Source: Lama glama (lineage: Eukaryota). Taken from it: a stretch of DNA of 64,000 bases. The DNA lies in assembly GCA_028534125.1 (NCBI GenBank), contig CM052828.1, forward strand, positions 5,208,001-5,272,000, read 5' to 3'. The first letter of the stretch is position 1; every line of letters begins with the position of its first letter. The notes below the pieces were generated by a model. It was not told the origin of the DNA. It did no database searches and saw only the letters and a list, made by a program, of their open reading frames with translations. The position numbers and the translations under genes were made by a program. Positions 12,131 to 26,398 of this stretch are shown here, in pieces.

Positions 12131-13774
12131 CTGCAAAAAGCACATGAACAGAAAACTCTGTCTCAGCGTTAACCTCGTACCAGGCAAGTCCTTCTGGGGC
12201 GGCGACGAGAGGGTGACTTCAGAAATCCCAGCAGCATCAAACCTCTGGAGAGGAAGGGGGCTGAATTAACTCTCATTCCAGAGTCAGGGATCAGCATATC
12301 CGAAGTCCGCGCGATGTTTAACAAAGCCAGCAGAGTTCCATCTCCAGATGCCCTCTGAATCGAGATGCTAACCCGGGGGGCACCGAGGGACAGAGAGACG
12401 GGGACAGCTCAGCCAACGGCCCATAGAGAGCAAGGCCATCCCCTGGGATGAAGAGAACCTCTCCCTCCGAACATACATCCCTGAGAACTGCCCTCAGGAG
12501 CAGGATTTCATTTCCTCCAAGGAGATATGTTGCTCAGTTTCTCAGCCGAATGAGTTTTTCAGATGAGGACTCATTCGTACGTACCGTAGGGTGGGAGCAG
12601 CATCAGCAGTGACGGCCGTCTGGGGTGTGGAACCCCTACCACGTCCGGGTCCCCCTTGGACGCAGTGCACAGAGACGAGGTGTAGGAGGTAAACCCATGA
12701 TAAAAAAAACCACCAAGCGATAAAAACACAGGGGCCATGTGACGACACTTGTCGTGTTGCTGGTGCAGCAGGACCAACCTGGGGACCACAGGGCTCACTC
12801 CTGTATGAACTCTCGGCTGGGCAAGAGAAGAGGTGTGGGAGGTGCCTTTCATATGCTTTAAAATAAAAGCTGCTCTGCCTAACAGGCTGCATTCTGAAAT
12901 ACGGACATTAGAAGAGAACTGAGCAATTCATCACAGGGAAGACGTCACCACACTCCGCTCTGTTTCTTCTTTAGCACCCCTCCCTCCCGTGTTTACGAAA
13001 ATCTCACTACTGCAAACTTAGTTTCTGACACACGTTCCTGCCGGCTAGACCACAAACACTGCTGAGACCAGCCTGTGCAGAACCACATCAATGATGCGTG
13101 TGGCAAACAAGCCGTGTTGTTTTTAACACCCATCCAAGATCTTCCAACCTCAGAGGAGAATTTATCCGCGTTTCAGCTTAATCTTTACCCTACAAAACTC
13201 GCATCCGAGGGGCTGAGACACGGATAAATGTCACTGAGAAGAGGCTGCCATCAGCTGTGTACGAGCCACGTCTGCACTTCCAAAATTCTGGACCAGCAGC
13301 TTTGTGGTGAAACTTATTTATTTAAAGGGTGTTTTGACGGCTGTTGGGTGTGAAGCCACCCGAGGCGTCGCACACACCAAGACCCACATCAGTGTCCCAG
13401 ACGGCCCTGGGGGCCCCTCCCCATCACCCTGGCTGAGGAACCCCAACTTTTCTTTCCAAGTGGCCATCCAGCAGGTCAAAAGATTTGCACAAAAAGCCTG
13501 CAGCACTAACAAAGTCTTACTCCACCAGCAGTTAACCAAACAGCTGAGATTCTCTTAATTTAAATGACAGGCAACTTGACAGCTATTCAATAGGCCAGTC
13601 CTGGGTGAATCTCTATAAGCCACTTGGACAAACAAAACGTCTGCATTAATTACACAAAGAAAAAGAAGTGGCGGGATGGGAGAATGAGAAAAGGAAGAAA
13701 CCAACTGAACAGCAGCCCGTCCTCCACCTCGGAGCCCTCACGCCAACCTGATGCCTCTCAGGGTGCGGCCTTAC

Positions 13775-13933
13775 CTGTTAGGATGAGAATTATAATCACA
13801 GCAAATATATCTGGGTTCTCGGCCAGCACCCCGGGGGCGTGCAGGGCCATGTGCGTCCGCGAGAACTCCCCGATGGGCTTGCCGATCAGCTCGTCAAACG
13901 TGGCGCTCCAGGCTCTGGCAACGCTGGAGGTAC
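13775..13933 (-). CDS. SLC7A1: CAT-1 exon 4 (159 nt)
   Basis: [17 protein letters not shown]...IILILT; cggcag| acceptor, G|gtaagg donor. Confidence 0.98.
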
Positions 13934-15743
13934 CTGCCGGGAAGCACACCGTCAGCAGGAACTGGCGGGGAACGTCGAGCAGAGGGCTTGTCCTCAGGCT
14001 CGATGTCTGGGCGACGGCGCGGGGCCCACTGCGGGTGTGCAGGGACCTGGAGGCAGCAGCCTGACCCCGGGACATGCTGACTCAGGACCGAGCGCCAGCC
14101 CGGGTCTGCAGAGCAGTGGGAAGCCTGGGGAGCCTCGCATTTTGCATCCAACCAATGTGCACATGTGTACCGTGCATTTCTATTGTGTGTCTAAGTGAAC
14201 AGTGACGGAAGTTCAGGAAAATAATGCTCCCCTCAGCACCCAAAGGCACTCCGACAGCACTGAATTCTGCCGACTTTATTCCATCACATAAAGAACTCCC
14301 GGGGACGAGCCATTCAATTGATTTCATGGCCGCCCCTGGCTACAGGCTGCAGGCTGTGACCTGAGCCTCATTTCTCTGGAAGCTTCTTCTCCAAGACTCT
14401 CTGGGCAGCGGAGCTGACAGAGCCGGCCTCCTGTATGGAGGAGGAGATGGACAAGGGGGGCTCGGGCCGGCCCCTCCTCTGCAGCAAAGTCCCCAGCTCA
14501 ACCCGGCAGGCCCCCGTCCCCTCTGGCAGGTGTCCGCCACCGCTCAGGCGTCGCTCAAATTCCAGTATCGACATACAGCATTTTCCTTTACTTTTTAAGG
14601 GGCCTTGCCAGTGACTATGTTCTGGACCATCCACAGCATCTGGCCAGAGTAACCTGCAGACACTCACTTTCACTACTTGGTCTCATGCAAAGCATTTTTC
14701 CAACAACTCAAAAGCGTAAGCACATTTCTCCATCCTCAGTAGCTGGGCCATTATGCATTCTGTCCATCAAGGCCGCACCCAGTGACAGCAAAGGCTCAGA
14801 GGCCTGCTTGCTGCTGAGAGGGCCACGCGACAGGGCTGCCCGGCCTTTCCTTCCAGCCTACCTCTCCCCATCTCGGAATCATGGCTTTAAAAATAAACAT
14901 GTTTGATGGAAAAGCTGCCCTCGCCCAGGACCATGGCTGAGAATCGCCGGCGGTGACGTGGGGACATGTCTGACGAGCAGACACCACCCCGGCCGAGGCC
15001 CCCTCGCCTGCAGGTCCGTAACCAGCGGGTGCCTCACGCCCCTCGATGTGTTTTACACGCAGGCAAATCCTCGGGAAGACAGCGGCCCCTTTAAAGTAGC
15101 TGCGTTCCACCCCGAGAGGCTGCAGCTCATGAGTGTCTGTGGTTTAAGCTCTGGTGTTACGCCGAGAGAAACCACGATTAGGAATCTTATTTCCAACTCA
15201 GAAGAGTAGGCTCGCAGCAGGCGCTGGGAAGAAAGGGAGGCGTCGCCCAGAGCGCTTGGCGGGGCCCACACGGGGACCTGGTGCTGGGGTCCCGCAGGCA
15301 GCACCGCCCTGGGCATCCCCAGGGCGCGGGTGCAGGAAGGGGGCACACAGCTCAGCCCCCCTACCTTACTGGGTTTTGATATTGTTACAATGAGCTTGCT
15401 GAAACAGAACCAGAATATTTCGTGGCCATCTGTGGTTCTATGTTTGTGACCCGCCATTCATAGATGGTTTTTCATACATTCAGGGGGTTTGTCTTTTAAC
15501 TGGACGAGCTCAGCTTCGGCTATAATCAAAATACAAGTAATGTGAAAAGAAACAAAGCGTTTTAACCCACCAAACAAAAAAGACTGTTTTTAGTGTTTTT
15601 GTTTGTTGTTTGGTTGTTTTTAACGCTGATGCCCAGAGTCCAGAGTTGGCAAGGATGTGAGGAAAAGGGGCCCCTGGCTATCAGGAAGGTCGCAGGTAAC
15701 ACAGTCCCACTGACCCAGACAGCCCGCTTCTTAGACCATTTTA

Positions 15744-15848
15744 GTTTTATTTTTTTGTGTATTTACTTTCTATGGTGGGACTGGGGATTGAACCCAGGAC
15801 CTTGTGTATTAAGCAAGCACTCTACCACTGAGCTATACCCTCCCTCCT
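15744..15848 (-). mobile_element. tRNA-derived SINE, Vic-1-like (camelid)
   Basis: GGGAGGGTATAGCTCAGTGGTAGAG...GGTCCTGGGTTCAATCCCCAG (A and B boxes), A-rich tail, 13-bp TSD TTAGACCATTTTA at 15731 and 15849. Confidence 0.85.
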
Positions 15849-16343
15849 TTAGACCATTTTAAAGGGAAAAAAAACCAACCATGGCCATGCCAAAGACATT
15901 AAGTAATTAACTGTTTATAATAACAATGCAGCTGGAAACAATCTGAATATCCCACAATGACGTCAACTCAGTCACCTGCATATAAATCTATGTAAGGGGA
16001 ACGCCATCATCAGGAGCACTACCCTGGAAAAACAGCTGATGCTATGAGGATGCTACGGTTACTGTATCTTGTTTATTTTTTTTAAAAAAAAAAAAGACAC
16101 AATAGGAAAACTGATGCCCCTGGTTCACAAAAGCACTGACAATGGTTATACCCCTAAACGCCTTGAACAGAGGGCCCTGTCCCTCCAGTGTGCCCTAAAC
16201 CTGGCATGACCTGGGCAGAGGAGGCATCGGTGACTGTCTGTTGAACGAATGAACAAGAGAATCGATTTCTCCAGTCTGTCACACAGGGTAACTTCCACTT
16301 TCTTCTCTGTGCTTTTCTACATTTCCCAAATTTTTCTGCATCA

Positions 16344-17180
<837 letters not shown>

Positions 17181-18099
17181 TTAATGCTGACACCTGACAG
17201 CCCAGAACCCCAGGACCTGCCGTCAGAACATCCGCCCGCACTTCCAGGTCTCAGGCTACAGCAGCATGAGAACCACCTGGGGGGCCAGCACACTGGCCAC
17301 GACCCTGTGGTCTCGGAGCTGCCACTCTTAACTGAGAGTCTTCTAAGCAGAAAGAGCATGGGAAGCACAAACGGAGGACCTCGTTCCTGCCCTCCGTACT
17401 CACACAGTTTACCAGGAGAAGCAAGATCCTATTCACGTGTGCTGTTGGGAAAGCAAACCCAACCGTATTTTAGTGTAATTATTAACACCCAGAAGCCTGG
17501 AATGGCAATGTTTTCTAGACCTTCCTGGGGCCCTCCGAGAGCAGGGACCAAGCTGTTTCCACTTTAACACAGAGTCAGGTCCAGAGCAGAGAAGCACTGA
17601 ATTATTCCAGGTCAGGGCTCTCGTAACTGTCGCTGCTCCAGGAAGCACTCTTCCCCTGGACCAAAGTGTTAGCCCCAAGTGCTAAGATGATACACCCCCG
17701 ATCACATTCTGAGAGGGGCCACGAGCACATGGCTCCTGGCACCCAATCTGCACCTGGGACCCATCCAGTGGGGGTCCCCAGAGGCCGCCCACATGGTGAA
17801 CAGCATCCCAGGTCAGCGTTCAAGTCACTCTCCCGTGGCCACGGGCCAGTCACCAGTGAGTTCACTCCGGGGGGTGGGGCTGCCGGGAGCCCCAAGCAGG
17901 AGGAAAGCAGGTCCCCGTCCTTCCAAAGAGGACCGCATGGAAAAGGGAGAAGACACTAACCTCACCGGGGGAACCTGAGAGTCACCACCTCGGCCAGGTG
18001 GCCAAGGGCGACACTGACAGTGGTGACAGGTCACGCTGACTGTTGATGTGACGAGAAGGGCCCTGACCTCCACAAGCTTCGTCCTCAAACCCATAACCC

Positions 18100-18458
18100 C
18101 CGTCTACTGAGAAGAAACAGCAAACAACCCACAGACGAGGAGCATTCTACAAAACAGCCGACTGACTGGCGGGTGTCATCAAAAACTGGAGAAGCCCGAG
18201 AACCTTTACCAGCAGGAGGAGCCTCAGGAGGCAGGACACGAAACCTAACATGGGACAGGATGGGATCCCAGAACAGAAGGAGGGCGGCAGGGAAAATTAC
18301 GGAAATCTGAACAAAGTATGGACTCAGCTGTGTCCACCGCACTGATGGAAGATGTCAGTGACTGAGGAAGCTGGCGTGGGGCACACAGCAGCTCTCCATC
18401 CTATGGTCACAGCATTTCTATAAATCTGAAACTGTTCTAAAATAAAAGCTTAAAAAAA
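18100..18458 (+). mobile_element. Old L1 (L1MC/MD-like) 3' fragment
   Basis: cattctacaaaa...gggatcccagaacagaa...gaaatctgaacaaagtatgga...taaatctgaaactgttctaaaataaaag. Confidence 0.65.
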
Positions 18459-21400
18459 CAGCGTGTGTAGGGATACGCTATCATCATGACTTTTAGCAAC
18501 CTTTTAGCAACTAAAAATTCATCCTTATGATCAATCGGTATTTATTAACCTAACTCTGCTGCCATGAAGTCACCAGAGAGCAAAGAGTCTAAATAAATGG
18601 GACAGCAGGTTCGACCACATCCACGCCTGACCACCTGGAACCCCGCCCATGCCCTGGAGGTCTGGCCCCTGCGCCGACCTCATGCCAGGGCCCCTCGGTG
18701 GGTCCCATCCTGGCTGGTGCCAGGTCACAGGGGAACAGGTGTCCCCTCTGTCTGACAGGTCAAGAGAGGAGAAAAACAGTTTCCCAAGACTCAAAGTTTT
18801 TAGCTCAAATGGGGAATAAAACTCATCTGATCTGGCCTCCTTCTTGTAAAGATGAAGAAAAACAACTCAGAGAGCCAAGTGTCAAACAGGGTCACAGAGC
18901 TCAGGAGGGACGAGGCCCTGGTGTCACCGGTGGGGAGGAAGTGATATCACCGGGCAGTGAGGAAGTGGAGGAAATGAGGGAAGGTGGCCTGATCTGTGCA
19001 GCAGCAGTGGAGCCAGAGAATCACAGACATGGGATCTGATAAGAGCAGAGAGCACAGGTGACAGAATGGGAGACCCGCACAGACAGCAGCGGCTCCCGGC
19101 TCGTTTGGGGCCATGACTGGCCAGGTTCTGAAAGCCGGGTCAGCGCTGAAGCGGGGGTGCCCAGCGAGGCCACCGAGCCGGGGGAGCAGGACCTGCCTGG
19201 TCCTTTCTTCCCTCCAGGAGTCACCGGGATGTATTCCAGTCAGAGTGTGAGTCACAACAAAGCCTTTAACAAACAACTGCTTGGGTCCCAAGTCACGAGG
19301 GACGATGCATCCTTTCTGCACAGCCCTCACCAGGAGAGGCTAAGCTGGGGGCCTGCAAAAGCGCAGCGAGGAGCTTCTCAGCATCACCTGGGGAGGGCGG
19401 GAGTGTTTTAAGAAGCCAGGGACCTTAAAGGGAAGCAGCATATGAAAGCTCCCTGTCACCTGCACTGTTTGTAGCTTGGCTGGTAAACGTGACTCACGTT
19501 TAGAGAGTGCTTACCTGCTCCCATTCGCTCCTACGTGTACTTTCTGGTGAATAATAAACAGATTATCTCCCCCAAACAACAAAAGCCAAGTGCACAGCAA
19601 AGACACGGCAATGAAATAGCATTTTCTTTCCTCAGCTTCACAGAGTAAAGGGACCCAGGGGCCAGGAGGCCAGAGTGAGCTACTCGCTCCCTCGGGAAGA
19701 CCAGACACACTCCATCTGGTCCACGGTTCACACACCTTCCTCAGGGTGCGCTGCCATCTGGAGCAGAAGCCAGAGCTGTCAGCGACCCCACTGGGACACT
19801 TGGCGAGGGGCGCCCTGGAGGCTGGGAACACTGTCCTGAGAGCCCAGTGACGTCACCTGAGGTGGGAACAATGCCCCTGGACGGGCGGAGCTGCAGTCTA
19901 TGTGTCACGTGCCCCTGGGGGTCACAGGCATGGGGAGGGCTTCCGCGGGTGGAGACCCTCTCCAAGAACCCCCTTACCAACCCTGGGGCCTCAGCATCAT
20001 CTTCAGAAGAAAGAGGGCTGGTCACTGAATTCTGTAAATTTAGTTACAGATACTGGTTTTCAAATATATGTGAAAGGGACTTTTTGGTTGTGACCACAAA
20101 CCATGACTCGCCGGGCGCAGCTGACTTCTTCGAAGTGGGGACACGGTGGCCCAGTTTCTCAGGAACAGTCCTGGCCGTTCCTCCTCCCAGGAGCCCTGAG
20201 GGCAGGGCTCCGGGCACCAGTGGACGGGGAACACAGAAGGGGTCCCGACAGGCGATTAACTCCCCATTATTTTCACCTCGTGACTCCTGAAGTTCTCCTC
20301 GCTGTCTGGGGAACGGGCAGACCCGACTCCCTTGGGAGACACCGGGACAAAAGCACAGCCCCTCGTCACAAAGGCCCAGGTCTGACGGCGCAGTGAACAG
20401 GTGTCTTGAGCCAGGTGTCCGCTCCCACTGTCCAGGGTAGGAGAAAATGAGATGCTCACTGACCGTGTCCTGGGTTTATTTTTCAGAAACGTCCTTTCTG
20501 TCTCCTTGGAAGCAGTGTAAAATGATGTTCTCCCGGGGGCTCTCCGCTAGTGTTTTGTTCACGTTACACCATCACACACATTCCTGCCTGGACTCCAAAG
20601 CTGGTCGTTCAACCAACAGTGAGCCCAAATGAAACTTCCCTGCCTAAAGCCACCCTCACCACGCCAGACATGGGCAACGCAGGTCCACTTGGACCCCTGC
20701 TGTCGGGAGTCACGCAGAAAGTCGCCAGGATGCTCTGACAGCGTCATCTGGGAAGGAGGTCGTCCTTTCCTGCGGGGTGGAATTTGTAAAACAGCTGACT
20801 CCCACCCTCGCAGCTGAGTTTCTGATAGAAATCCTGTAACAGCGAGAGCCTCAGATCTGTCTTACTCCGAATTTTATTATTAAAGAACACCTCATGCGGG
20901 ATCCTCTTAGAAAAGCAAAGAAAATCTGTCCCTTTCCCGCAGAATCTCCAACTCCAAGTTTCACTCTAGTAATCACTACCTAACCGGAGCAAAATGGTCC
21001 AATGGGTCCAGATTGCAGAGATAAAGAGTTTAGGATGCTGTGTTTTGAAGGTGTCTGGTAAAGCTGGGCAGGTGTAAATCATTGCTTTTTTTTTTTACTC
21101 TCAGATGGAATGATAGGTCCATCACTGAAAAAGTCCAGCTTAATGGCTGGAGGGAGGGAGGGGTCAGACGTTGCCGGCTGTCACAGACACTAAGTTCATA
21201 AGTGCCATCCTTTGGAGAAAATCTTTACATTGAAATTTTGTCAATACTTCGGCCCTTCCTTTAAGTAGTCCTTACGATGGCCCCAAACTTGCCTGCCACC
21301 TAAAGTAAAATCTGTCACTCCAGTAGGAGACAGACTGTGGTCGACATGTGTCCCAGGCTGAAGCAAGCAGGTCTTTGCCAGGATGCTCACCCACAGGAGG

Positions 21401-23658
21401 CACTGACAGGGGCTAGGGGGCGGACACAGATATGTCATTTCAGCTCCCCTCCAGAGGCGGGTGGGTGGCTGCCCCCAGGACCCCGGGGCCTTAGAGCACC
21501 TGCAACTTTAATAAGGAAGAGGTCAGAGGGTTCATAACGGAGTGACCCAGCGTGGTAGAGGGGGTCCAAAAAGAGAGATTTCCAGGACGTGGGCCACCGT
21601 AGGGGAGGAGACTCAGGGCAAGGAACAAAATCTGTGTTGAAGGAAGTTGTTCTTAGAGCCAGATTCACTTCCCCCAGATGTCAGGGGTCCCAGGTGCAAG
21701 TTCTTAAAATTAAAACCTGGAGTGTACAGGGCACTGGTAGACACTAAAAATGGCCCGAGAAGCAGGTAGGTTAAAGTGGGTAAGAAAGTGACAGAACTGA
21801 ACCCAAAGTACGGGGGCGGAGGTGGTGGCCAAACGATGCAGCAGACAGAACGGCGGCGGAGTGGGGCAGGGCCGGCCCGCACCACACGTCCTCACTGGGC
21901 AGCCGGAGCCTGCCGTGAGATGCGACTCTGGGGCCTGAGCTCTTGTAAAGCCCCCAAGAGCTACACTCATCTGACCCCAGGCAACGAGGAAGATGCTGAG
22001 GATATAACTGAATTCACGGATCTCACACCTGTTATGATGCCCTGGCTCCACACGGCCAGGTTCAAGGCAAAGCATAAGCCCCAGTCCTCGCCCAGGAGGC
22101 AGGGCATCTGGGCTGGGAGCCAGGTGGACGGGGGGGTGGGACCAGGCTTAACCATCCGTCTCACAGACCACGACCTCCAAGGGGAAGAGAAGCGAGGACA
22201 GAGGCCTGAGGCCCATGAGGCGCCTGGGCACGTCTTTGCTTCCAGTCGGAAGCCTCAGTCATAAAGACCCAGCACGCTTTGCTGGAATCCACAACCAACA
22301 GGTGCTGTGGCTTCTTGCTGGCCTGGGGGCCACAGGGTCCTCCGTGATGGCTGAACCTCACGGAGCCTACCACCCTCGGTCTCAGCAGAGAGCCAAGCCC
22401 CAGGAGGCCTGCCCCCGAGGCCAGCGCTTCCTGCCGATTCAGCAGAGCTGACTGCAGGAAGAGCCCGAGGCCTCTGAGGTCCCACACACAACAGCGCAGC
22501 CCTGCGTTGGGAGCTCTAAGTCCTGATGGAAAAACAGAGGTTCTGCCTCTCAGTCCTGACTTCCAGCCGCCAAAGGAGGCGGCCCTGGAGGAGGGCCCTG
22601 GGGTCCGCATGGCCACACGGCCACTCGGCAGGGCAGCTTCCAGGTGCAGATTCCAATGCAGGGATGGCCAGGACACGCGAGCTCATTTTGTCCTCACCAG
22701 AGACCAGCAGAGTGGCAACTGTCAGTCCTCTCCCAACAGCCAGAGTGGACTTCAGCTGGGGGTCGCACGGGCACCTAACCTGTACACAGGGGAGGCTGGA
22801 TCTGAACTCAGTCATCTAATTCCAGAAGCCCTGTCCCACGCCAGGTGCCAAGTGACACAACTTTGATCAAGTCTCTTCTTCCTGTTGCCTGAAGAACTCT
22901 GTCACCCTGTCTGAAATCCTACCAAAAAAAGATCCACGTGGGTTAAGAACACCCCTTCTTGAAAGCCATTACTCCAGTAAAACTGCAGTCAATTAGTTAT
23001 TCATACAGCGGAGTGAATCAAGGCACCCACCCACTTCTCTCCAGCCGGCCAAGATCCACTCGCTTTGAGGCAAAAGGAGCTTTATCTGGGACTGAGGACA
23101 AGTAGGTAATGTGGGCAGCAGGGCGCAACCGGGGCTTCAGCAGAAGGTTCTGGAGAGCACACAGATGCAGAGGCGAAGACTCAGAGGGAGGGAGCTGGCC
23201 AAAGCAGACAGGTTAAACATTATGTTGGAGACATCGTGTGCCTGATAAAAGCAGGGGAAGTGTCAAAACAGCAGGTAGAGCATCCCCTAAAAACAATATA
23301 ACATCTATGAGTGTGAAGAATGGTCTAGAAGGACCATCAAGGTAGTTTGGACGGGAGTTTATCAGGTTTTTTTCTCAGCGTTTTGTCATTTTTCCAGTGT
23401 GTGTACCTCTGAATTAAGAGGAAGGAAATCTCTCAAAGAGTTGACCAGGGAGGCGTGGTAACTGGTGGTTATGCTTTCTCTCTACACGTGTGTGTCTGGA
23501 AATTTCCAAAAGTAAATGCGAAGAGAAAGGAATTCAACCAGGGCTCACCTGGAAAACAGTGAGGAAACTCTCTCTGAGACGAGTACCCCTGCGGCCAGAA
23601 CAGCCCCGCGTGCCCCAACACACAGCTCACGTCAGTCAGTTACTTAGTCTTTTATAGG

Positions 23659-23719
23659 ATTGGGCTGAACCATATGAAACTGTCAATATTCGGCCATTTT
23701 TCACCTAGAAAAACAGCCA
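23659..23719 (+). mobile_element. MADE2 (mariner-derived MITE), right TIR truncated
   Basis: attgggctgaaccatatgaaactgtcaatattcggccatttttcacctagaaaaacagc. Confidence 0.65.
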
Positions 23720-24899
23720 AGAGTAAAGGATCTATAATTGGCAGAGATGGGCTTACCTCTCAGGGGCCAGGCCCCTGGACACCTCTCTGAGCCTAAATCT
23801 GTACCATTTAGGGAATCAGATCAGAAAAGGCAATGTGAGTTCCAAAGAAGAGACTGAAGGAAAACAAAAATGAAGAGGTGCACAGGTTGTTCAAAAGCCA
23901 ACAGCTGCTGAGAGAGAAAAACCTGCAAACGTGGTTTTGCGCCACACGTTGTGCGGGACAGAAGCGAATTACTGCTCACCTCCCAGCTCTCGCAGGTCAA
24001 GGTCACGCCCTGGCCCTCCCGGGAGACGAAGCCCCAGGTGACCCTCGTCGACAAGGGACAGCTAAGGTGGGAGTGCCCGACGGGCCGTGGGGACCAGGGC
24101 CGGCCAGGACCACAGGCTTAGGTGAGCCGGGTGCGCAGCCGAGAGGTTCACGCGGGAGACGTGAAGGTTTTAGGCAAAGGAAGGGCATCAACAAACCAGA
24201 CCTGGACGATTACTCAGGTCCTGCTGTGCAGGACAGACTGGAGGGGGAAAGGGCACCAGCCCGCCAGCCGCTCGTGGCCCAGACCTCTTTCTTCAGGTAG
24301 CAAATCGATACATTTACCTTGAGGCGCGATGTTTTAGTCCAGCTGATAAAGCCCTTTGCGGAAGCGAGTGCTGTACGCTTATTTACCTGCCACTTGTTCC
24401 CCGTCTCTGCTGCTTCTCCCCCGAGCCCTGAGATACAGGGAGTGTCCAGGCCCCTGGTTACCATGGGGATTATCTGCGTAGGGCTCGTCCTGCAGAATTA
24501 ACATCTGGCAGGAAATGCCATGTTTTATGATAGGGCTTGCTGGCATATTGGTAACTCACTTCACTGGTGGCCAAGATTTCAGATATTCACCCCGAAAGAA
24601 AAGCATCAAAAATCTGAAAGAAATGCCAGAGCCCCCCACGCTTGAGGCTGGCCACCCTTCCCATCTTCAGTCCAAGGAGCACCTGTCGCCCTTTCCCCCA
24701 CCACGAGGTTTTCCGTTTACTTGGAGGACAGGGGCAGTAGGTGGTAACAGTCTGCGATAGAAAATGCCACGCCGGTTGCCTGCACTAACTCTGAGGCATC
24801 GGAAGCAAATGGCCAACTGCATGAGGGCCCGTGGATCCCGGAATGCTTGACTGAACGACCAAAGGCCAGGAGAAAACGCACCAGAGGATGGGGCTGGAC

Positions 24900-25122
24900 C
24901 GTGAGGAAATGGGTTTGGCCACAACCTGAGGATGCGCGGATGCAGATTCTACCCCAGGTGAGCCTTCAGGTGAGAACCAAGCCGTAGTTCATAGCCTGAC
25001 CGCAGCCTTGTGGGACCCGGAGCACAGCACCCAGCCAAGCCACGCTCTCACTCGTGACCAGAGACACTGTGACAAGGCAGACGTGAGTCTGCGATTTGTC
25101 CACAGTGACAGCTGACTAACCC
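24900..25122 (+). mobile_element. MaLR LTR 3' fragment (MLT1E/F-like)
   Basis: gagccttcaggtgaga...gcagccttgtgggacc...cccagccaagcca pattern. Confidence 0.6.
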
Positions 25123-26374
25123 GTGGGCCAGGCAGCCATGAGATCATACGTGAGTCTGCATCTATGTTCTCTTTAAACCTTCAAGGACCCAAAACAGGCC
25201 CCAATATTTCTTTCGCTCTCTGGGCTTCAGTGATGGACTTCACCTTTACTTCACCTGAAACTGTCTTTTCTTGGTTAGGCAGAATGATTGAAAGTAATTT
25301 CCTCTTTCTGCAAGAATGGTCTATGTTAAGTGGCCATTATTTCACTTTTTAAAAATAGTGTGTCTACCCTGTGCCACTCCTGGAGGAGTTACCAGAGCTG
25401 CAAAGATAAGCGATTCGCTGTCCCTGCGCTCAGAGTGCCCATCCTGGGAAAAGACCCCAGTGACCATCCATCACACAAGTATTTACCTGCCACCTACTAC
25501 GTGCCTCTCCCTTCTCTGTGTGGAGGAAACCGCAGGGAAGGGACACACTCCCTGCCCTCCTGGCAGGAGAAGACAACATGGTAAAGCAAAGAGCATGACC
25601 AAGCAGCAGAGGCCAAGGTCTCCAGCACTGTCTTGGCCAGACTGTCACCTGTGAGGGCCCTGATCCAGACACGGCCCAGGGCCTGTGCTGCAGGCCTAGG
25701 GGCCAACGAGGGACCCCTGCCCCGCTCATCACAGCACTGCTGACCCCGAGAAACCAACACCTGAGGCTTTTCACTCAGATGTGAGTAGTCCCCACAAGGC
25801 CGGGTATTGGTAACAGAGGAGCAGACTCTAGAATCGTCCCTAAGACAGCAGAGACACGTCTGCTATGGCAGCAAGAGGAGGGACAAGGCAGAATGAACTG
25901 GCCCTAACTTAGGATGACTTAGGCACTTTTGCTAAACAGTCCCCTAAAAGGAGAAGAAAGGAAGAGGATATCCAAGGCTTAGGATGGGAAAACCTCCCAC
26001 CTCCCTGCTGCAAGGATCTCACCTGAGGAGAAGTGCACCTGGTCACCCTGCGCCTTTGCTTCTGATACTTGCAAGCTGCAACAGCCTCATCCATACACCG
26101 GGGTTCAGAGCAGAAACCTCAGGGAACACGGGGCTGGGGAGTCCTGCCCCCCTTGTCCCCCAAGGCAGCCTGTGGGCTCAACGGTGCCGACATGAGGCCA
26201 AGGTCACGGTTACGCCCCCGACCCAGCTCCTCGACGGCGGGCTCGGCGAGGGCTGCTGACTGTGTGTGCGACTTCTTCACGGGGCTGCAGGCTCGGAAGC
26301 GAGACTGTGAGCGGTCCCGCGGGGCCGTGAGAGCGTGAGAGGGAGCGAGGAAGGTCGGGGTGGTTCTTTTACAA

Positions 26375-26398
26375 ACACACACACACACACACACACAC
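26375..26398. repeat. (AC)12 microsatellite
   Basis: Direct reading. Confidence 0.95.

Noticed and set aside
15770-15845. tRNA gene
   Set aside because: Degenerate stems plus an A-rich tail and TSD indicate a SINE
25981-26030. Alternative location for non-coding exon 2
   Set aside because: Similarity needs a large gap and lacks a suitable donor; 31826 matches the acceptor and colinearity better
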